This document shows positions 61,077 through 64,000 of a stretch of DNA of 64,000 nucleotides, in pieces. Every line of letters begins with the position of its first letter. Within the stretch, counting starts at the first letter, position 1. Under the pieces are notes generated by a model. That model saw nothing but the letters and a program-made list of their open reading frames with translations, was not told the DNA's origin and did not search any database. The DNA comes from Giardia intestinalis (lineage: Eukaryota), in assembly GCA_000002435.2 (NCBI GenBank), contig CM018793.1, one strand, 5' to 3'. The position numbers and the translations under genes are program-made.

Positions 61077-63956
61077 CTAAAAGTACCCCGTCCCACAATA
61101 TGGGGACTTAGCATCGATGTCACTCTTTTTCAAGGATGTCTTGTTCTGGAGAATCAGATCCCAGCACCCAGGGAAATCAACTGGTATTGTCACGTGTTGA
61201 ATTGTATTTTCGTAGTAGTGATCTACACCGAAGTTCTGATCAATCTCAGCCAATTCCTCCTCACTCTGTGGTGGCGATGATGAGTAGCTCAGTGCCTCGT
61301 ACATCATGAGATAGCTATCTCTGGTCTTTACAGAGTCTGGAAGCATTGAGCTAGATGAGCTCTCGCATGGGACGAGGATTGCATAGATATCACAGTTGTT
61401 CGGATAGCTCAGACTCTCTGGGCTTATGTCCACGATTGTATTTAGCATATAATCATATCCAATCCCGTACAGTCGCATATTTGTGACCCTGACGGTGGCA
61501 AGCGGCATAGTGTGCTTGCGCTTCTGTCTTCTGTTATCTATCTTAGAGCATTGAATGCAATTTTGCCCATCATATCGCAAAAACCAATCTCTATAATACG
61601 TGGGGTCCAGAAGGGTAAAAACAATGGAATAATACCCCATTTCCAGGTTATATTTCAGACACATCTGGAGTTTGAAAAGCTTGAGGATGTCATGCATGAT
61701 CGGCTGATAGATATCGCCGCGAACAGACCATATGTTTTCAGAAAGCACTTTGATTGGATGAGACTGCTCTACCAACGAGTTGGATGTGAAGCCATATGTA
61801 AGCCTTCTGACCCTTTGATAGGTCTTACTGAGCAACAGGACAGCGTAAAGTGTTGGTGGTAAGGCCTTCTCGGCCCGGTCAACTTCTACAGATGAATAAG
61901 CGTTGCTGTGTATAGAGTGTGAAGCTATGTTGGATATTACGTCAGTTGATAGCATGAGACTGAATGCATCACGAACAGTACTTTGGCATCTCGATAGCTC
62001 TGGCCGCAAAAAGCATATCGGTTGAAGGGTATCTGCCAGCCGTTCTTGTAGTTCTTGAGTCCGTATTATTTCTGCAACGTTGGTATGTTTCATGGCAAAC
62101 TTTTCTAAGTCCATTGTAATGAGTTTAATTTTTTCCACTAAATCTATCAGAGTTCTTTCTGACATAGTCTCCGGAAAATGCAGTAGAGCATCCATCCTCG
62201 AAGATGCGTGAATTGTCACCATATGGCGCCGACTACTCAGAATCTTTTGTAGCTCTGCTCGAGAATAGGATCTGAATCCATCTGGGTCAGTGGCATTGAG
62301 CAACACGTTTGCGTTCAGTTCGTCCCCTGCTAACGTCATAAGCCGCGCACTTGTAGCCTGTGGGGCTCCATCCACCTGGCGCTGGTCTGCGTAAGTGTAA
62401 TCTGTCTTGAAAGAACACATAGATACATCGTCAATGGACGATTCAGCAGAAGAGAACACCGACCTGGAGTTGCTGATCTCCACATCACTGTTGTGTATGC
62501 TGGTTAGTGATGGATCAAAATCAGTGCGTTCCGCTTCCGCTTGATCGTGGGTGATTGTAGGGACCTCTTCATAGAATGAGGCTACGTTTAGTGACTTACT
62601 ATTCAGGTAGCTTATTGCAACACTGACAGAAGCATTAATCGGTGATCCAATCAATATAGCCGAGGACTTGCGATATATCAAGGAATAGAGGTTAGATAGG
62701 ACGTAACTGGTGTTTATCTCAGAACACGTATGACACAGAACAGAGTATATCATTGGCAAGTTTGCGATATGCGAAGCAGCTCCTTGTTTTTTAGTAAAGA
62801 AGAGCCGACGACCCTGGTTAGCGAGTGGCAGCGTTTTCAGTTGCGATATAAGGTGTACATACAAAAGGAGCATTTCATTGTCATCTACCTTGAACATTCC
62901 ATTACTGATCAGCATGCTGTATCTAATGGCGAGGAGCGTCAATGCTTTGACAAAGGAAGACTCGTAGACAGAGCAGCCAACTGAATGGGACAGTGTGTAG
63001 TTTCGCATAGTACTGATTGCATGTTGCATGGCATCCAAGAATGTTGTAGGTCGCTGCACATACAATTGGACGGGTCTACAAATGTCAATAAAGACGGCAA
63101 GCTGCACGCTAATGTTTTCCGGAGTTGCAGCTCCGCTTTCTGTCCCAAACTTCTGACAACAAGACAAAGGAACAAGGACATACACGAGATACGCTGGCTT
63201 GACGCCTGAACTGTACAGGTCTATTAAGTGTGCTAATGAATAATGAGGGTTATACCGTATATCAACTATTACGACATTAGTGGCTAAATACGAGGTGGCA
63301 GGTGCTGGCTGACAAACATAGTCTGGAAAGCCATACTTTGGTATAATTTCTTTTGAAAAAATTGCTTGCAGATATGGAAGGATTGCCAGGCCTTCGTCAT
63401 AGTACAGTAAAACGGTGCGCGAGCCGCGGCCCAATGATACCTGTTGTGTTGCCTCAAAATTGTATTCTTCCTGAAGATTCTTGAATAGCTGTGCCACATG
63501 GTCCAAATTGGCTGGATTTATGACTGAAAGGTCAAGGGGTCCATCGGCATCGCCGACAGCTCTCGTCTGAGTCTCTTTCCCTTCGGCTTGTAAATTACCT
63601 GCATCTATCGCTACCGCTGTTGCACTGGCCACTCGCGAAAGAAGGCCGTCGCTCAGGAGCTCGGCCTCATTGTTAGCTGAGCACCAGTCTGCCTTTGCTT
63701 TAGCGCGCAGGGATGCATCGTCCTGAAGAAACTTATGAATTGCTGATGGTGGAGTTATCCTACAGAAGAACTCCATTGTGCTAAGGATGAGATCTTGTCG
63801 AAGAGCTACAATAAGGAGAAGCGCGACCCAAATGTTCTCAAAGCTGGGATACTGCAGGCTAGGTGGCAGAGGAACCAACCGTGTGCTGTACGCTGCCAAC
63901 TCGTCATGCACATAGGGCGGGACAATCGGAACATGCGTCGTTTTCAGAGTCCTCAT
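61077..63956 (-). CDS. Hypothetical protein of at least 959 aa; the N-terminus may extend beyond the window edge
   Basis: Long ORF. The frame remains open upstream of Met 63956 to the end of the window, so the true start is uncertain. Confidence 0.6.
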   Translation of the reverse strand: MRTLKTTHVPIVPPYVHDELAAYSTRLVPLPPSLQYPSFENIWVALLLIVALRQDLILSTMEFFCRITPPSAIHKFLQDDASLRAKAKADWCSANNEAELLSDGLLSRVASATAVAIDAGNLQAEGKETQTRAVGDADGPLDLSVINPANLDHVAQLFKNLQEEYNFEATQQVSLGRGSRTVLLYYDEGLAILPYLQAIFSKEIIPKYGFPDYVCQPAPATSYLATNVVIVDIRYNPHYSLAHLIDLYSSGVKPAYLVYVLVPLSCCQKFGTESGAATPENISVQLAVFIDICRPVQLYVQRPTTFLDAMQHAISTMRNYTLSHSVGCSVYESSFVKALTLLAIRYSMLISNGMFKVDDNEMLLLYVHLISQLKTLPLANQGRRLFFTKKQGAASHIANLPMIYSVLCHTCSEINTSYVLSNLYSLIYRKSSAILIGSPINASVSVAISYLNSKSLNVASFYEEVPTITHDQAEAERTDFDPSLTSIHNSDVEISNSRSVFSSAESSIDDVSMCSFKTDYTYADQRQVDGAPQATSARLMTLAGDELNANVLLNATDPDGFRSYSRAELQKILSSRRHMVTIHASSRMDALLHFPETMSERTLIDLVEKIKLITMDLEKFAMKHTNVAEIIRTQELQERLADTLQPICFLRPELSRCQSTVRDAFSLMLSTDVISNIASHSIHSNAYSSVEVDRAEKALPPTLYAVLLLSKTYQRVRRLTYGFTSNSLVEQSHPIKVLSENIWSVRGDIYQPIMHDILKLFKLQMCLKYNLEMGYYSIVFTLLDPTYYRDWFLRYDGQNCIQCSKIDNRRQKRKHTMPLATVRVTNMRLYGIGYDYMLNTIVDISPESLSYPNNCDIYAILVPCESSSSSMLPDSVKTRDSYLMMYEALSYSSSPPQSEEELAEIDQNFGVDHYYENTIQHVTIPVDFPGCWDLILQNKTSLKKSDIDAKSPYCGTGYF

Positions 63957-64000
63957 GCCCTCTTCTATCTCTTGCGCTACCGTGGCATCTAGGTTGATGT

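Overview
This 64-kb window reads as a gene-dense, essentially intron-free eukaryotic nuclear segment, almost certainly from Giardia (duodenalis/intestinalis). It is not prokaryotic DNA. Four things point to Giardia. First, a variant-specific surface protein (VSP) gene on the minus strand (31039..35334) ends in the family-defining C-terminal tail CRGKA after a single transmembrane helix, and its stop codon is followed by the VSP extended polyadenylation element ACTYAGRTAGTRAAY (here ACTTAGGTAGTAAAT). Second, there are many 'protein 21.1'-type ankyrin-repeat genes. Third, there are several NEK-type Ser/Thr kinases fused to ankyrin repeats, including apparent pseudokinases. Fourth, genes sit only 7-30 bp apart with tiny AT-rich divergent promoters. 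The rest of the window is housekeeping or otherwise recognisable genes at about 48-50% GC: diphthine synthase, SRP68, an AP-complex mu subunit, a SET-domain methyltransferase, an ORC/Cdc6-like AAA+ ATPase, ARL2, an RFC small subunit, a TFIIB-like factor, a PP2C phosphatase with leucine-rich repeats, a glyoxalase-II-like hydrolase, a DZIP1-like zinc-finger protein, and several large hypothetical proteins. The most unusual part is a GC-rich compositional island at roughly 24.6-35.7 kb. It contains an ORF-poor 1.8-kb stretch, a frameshifted NEK/ankyrin gene, an ankyrin gene, an uncertain GC-rich ORF, and the VSP gene, which carries about 20 perfectly identical tandem 207-bp (69-aa) CXXC-containing repeats. 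I find no bacterial-type defence system, CRISPR array, tRNA or rRNA. The apparent 1614-aa and multiple 65-aa plus-strand ORFs across the repeat array are antisense artefacts of the VSP repeats.
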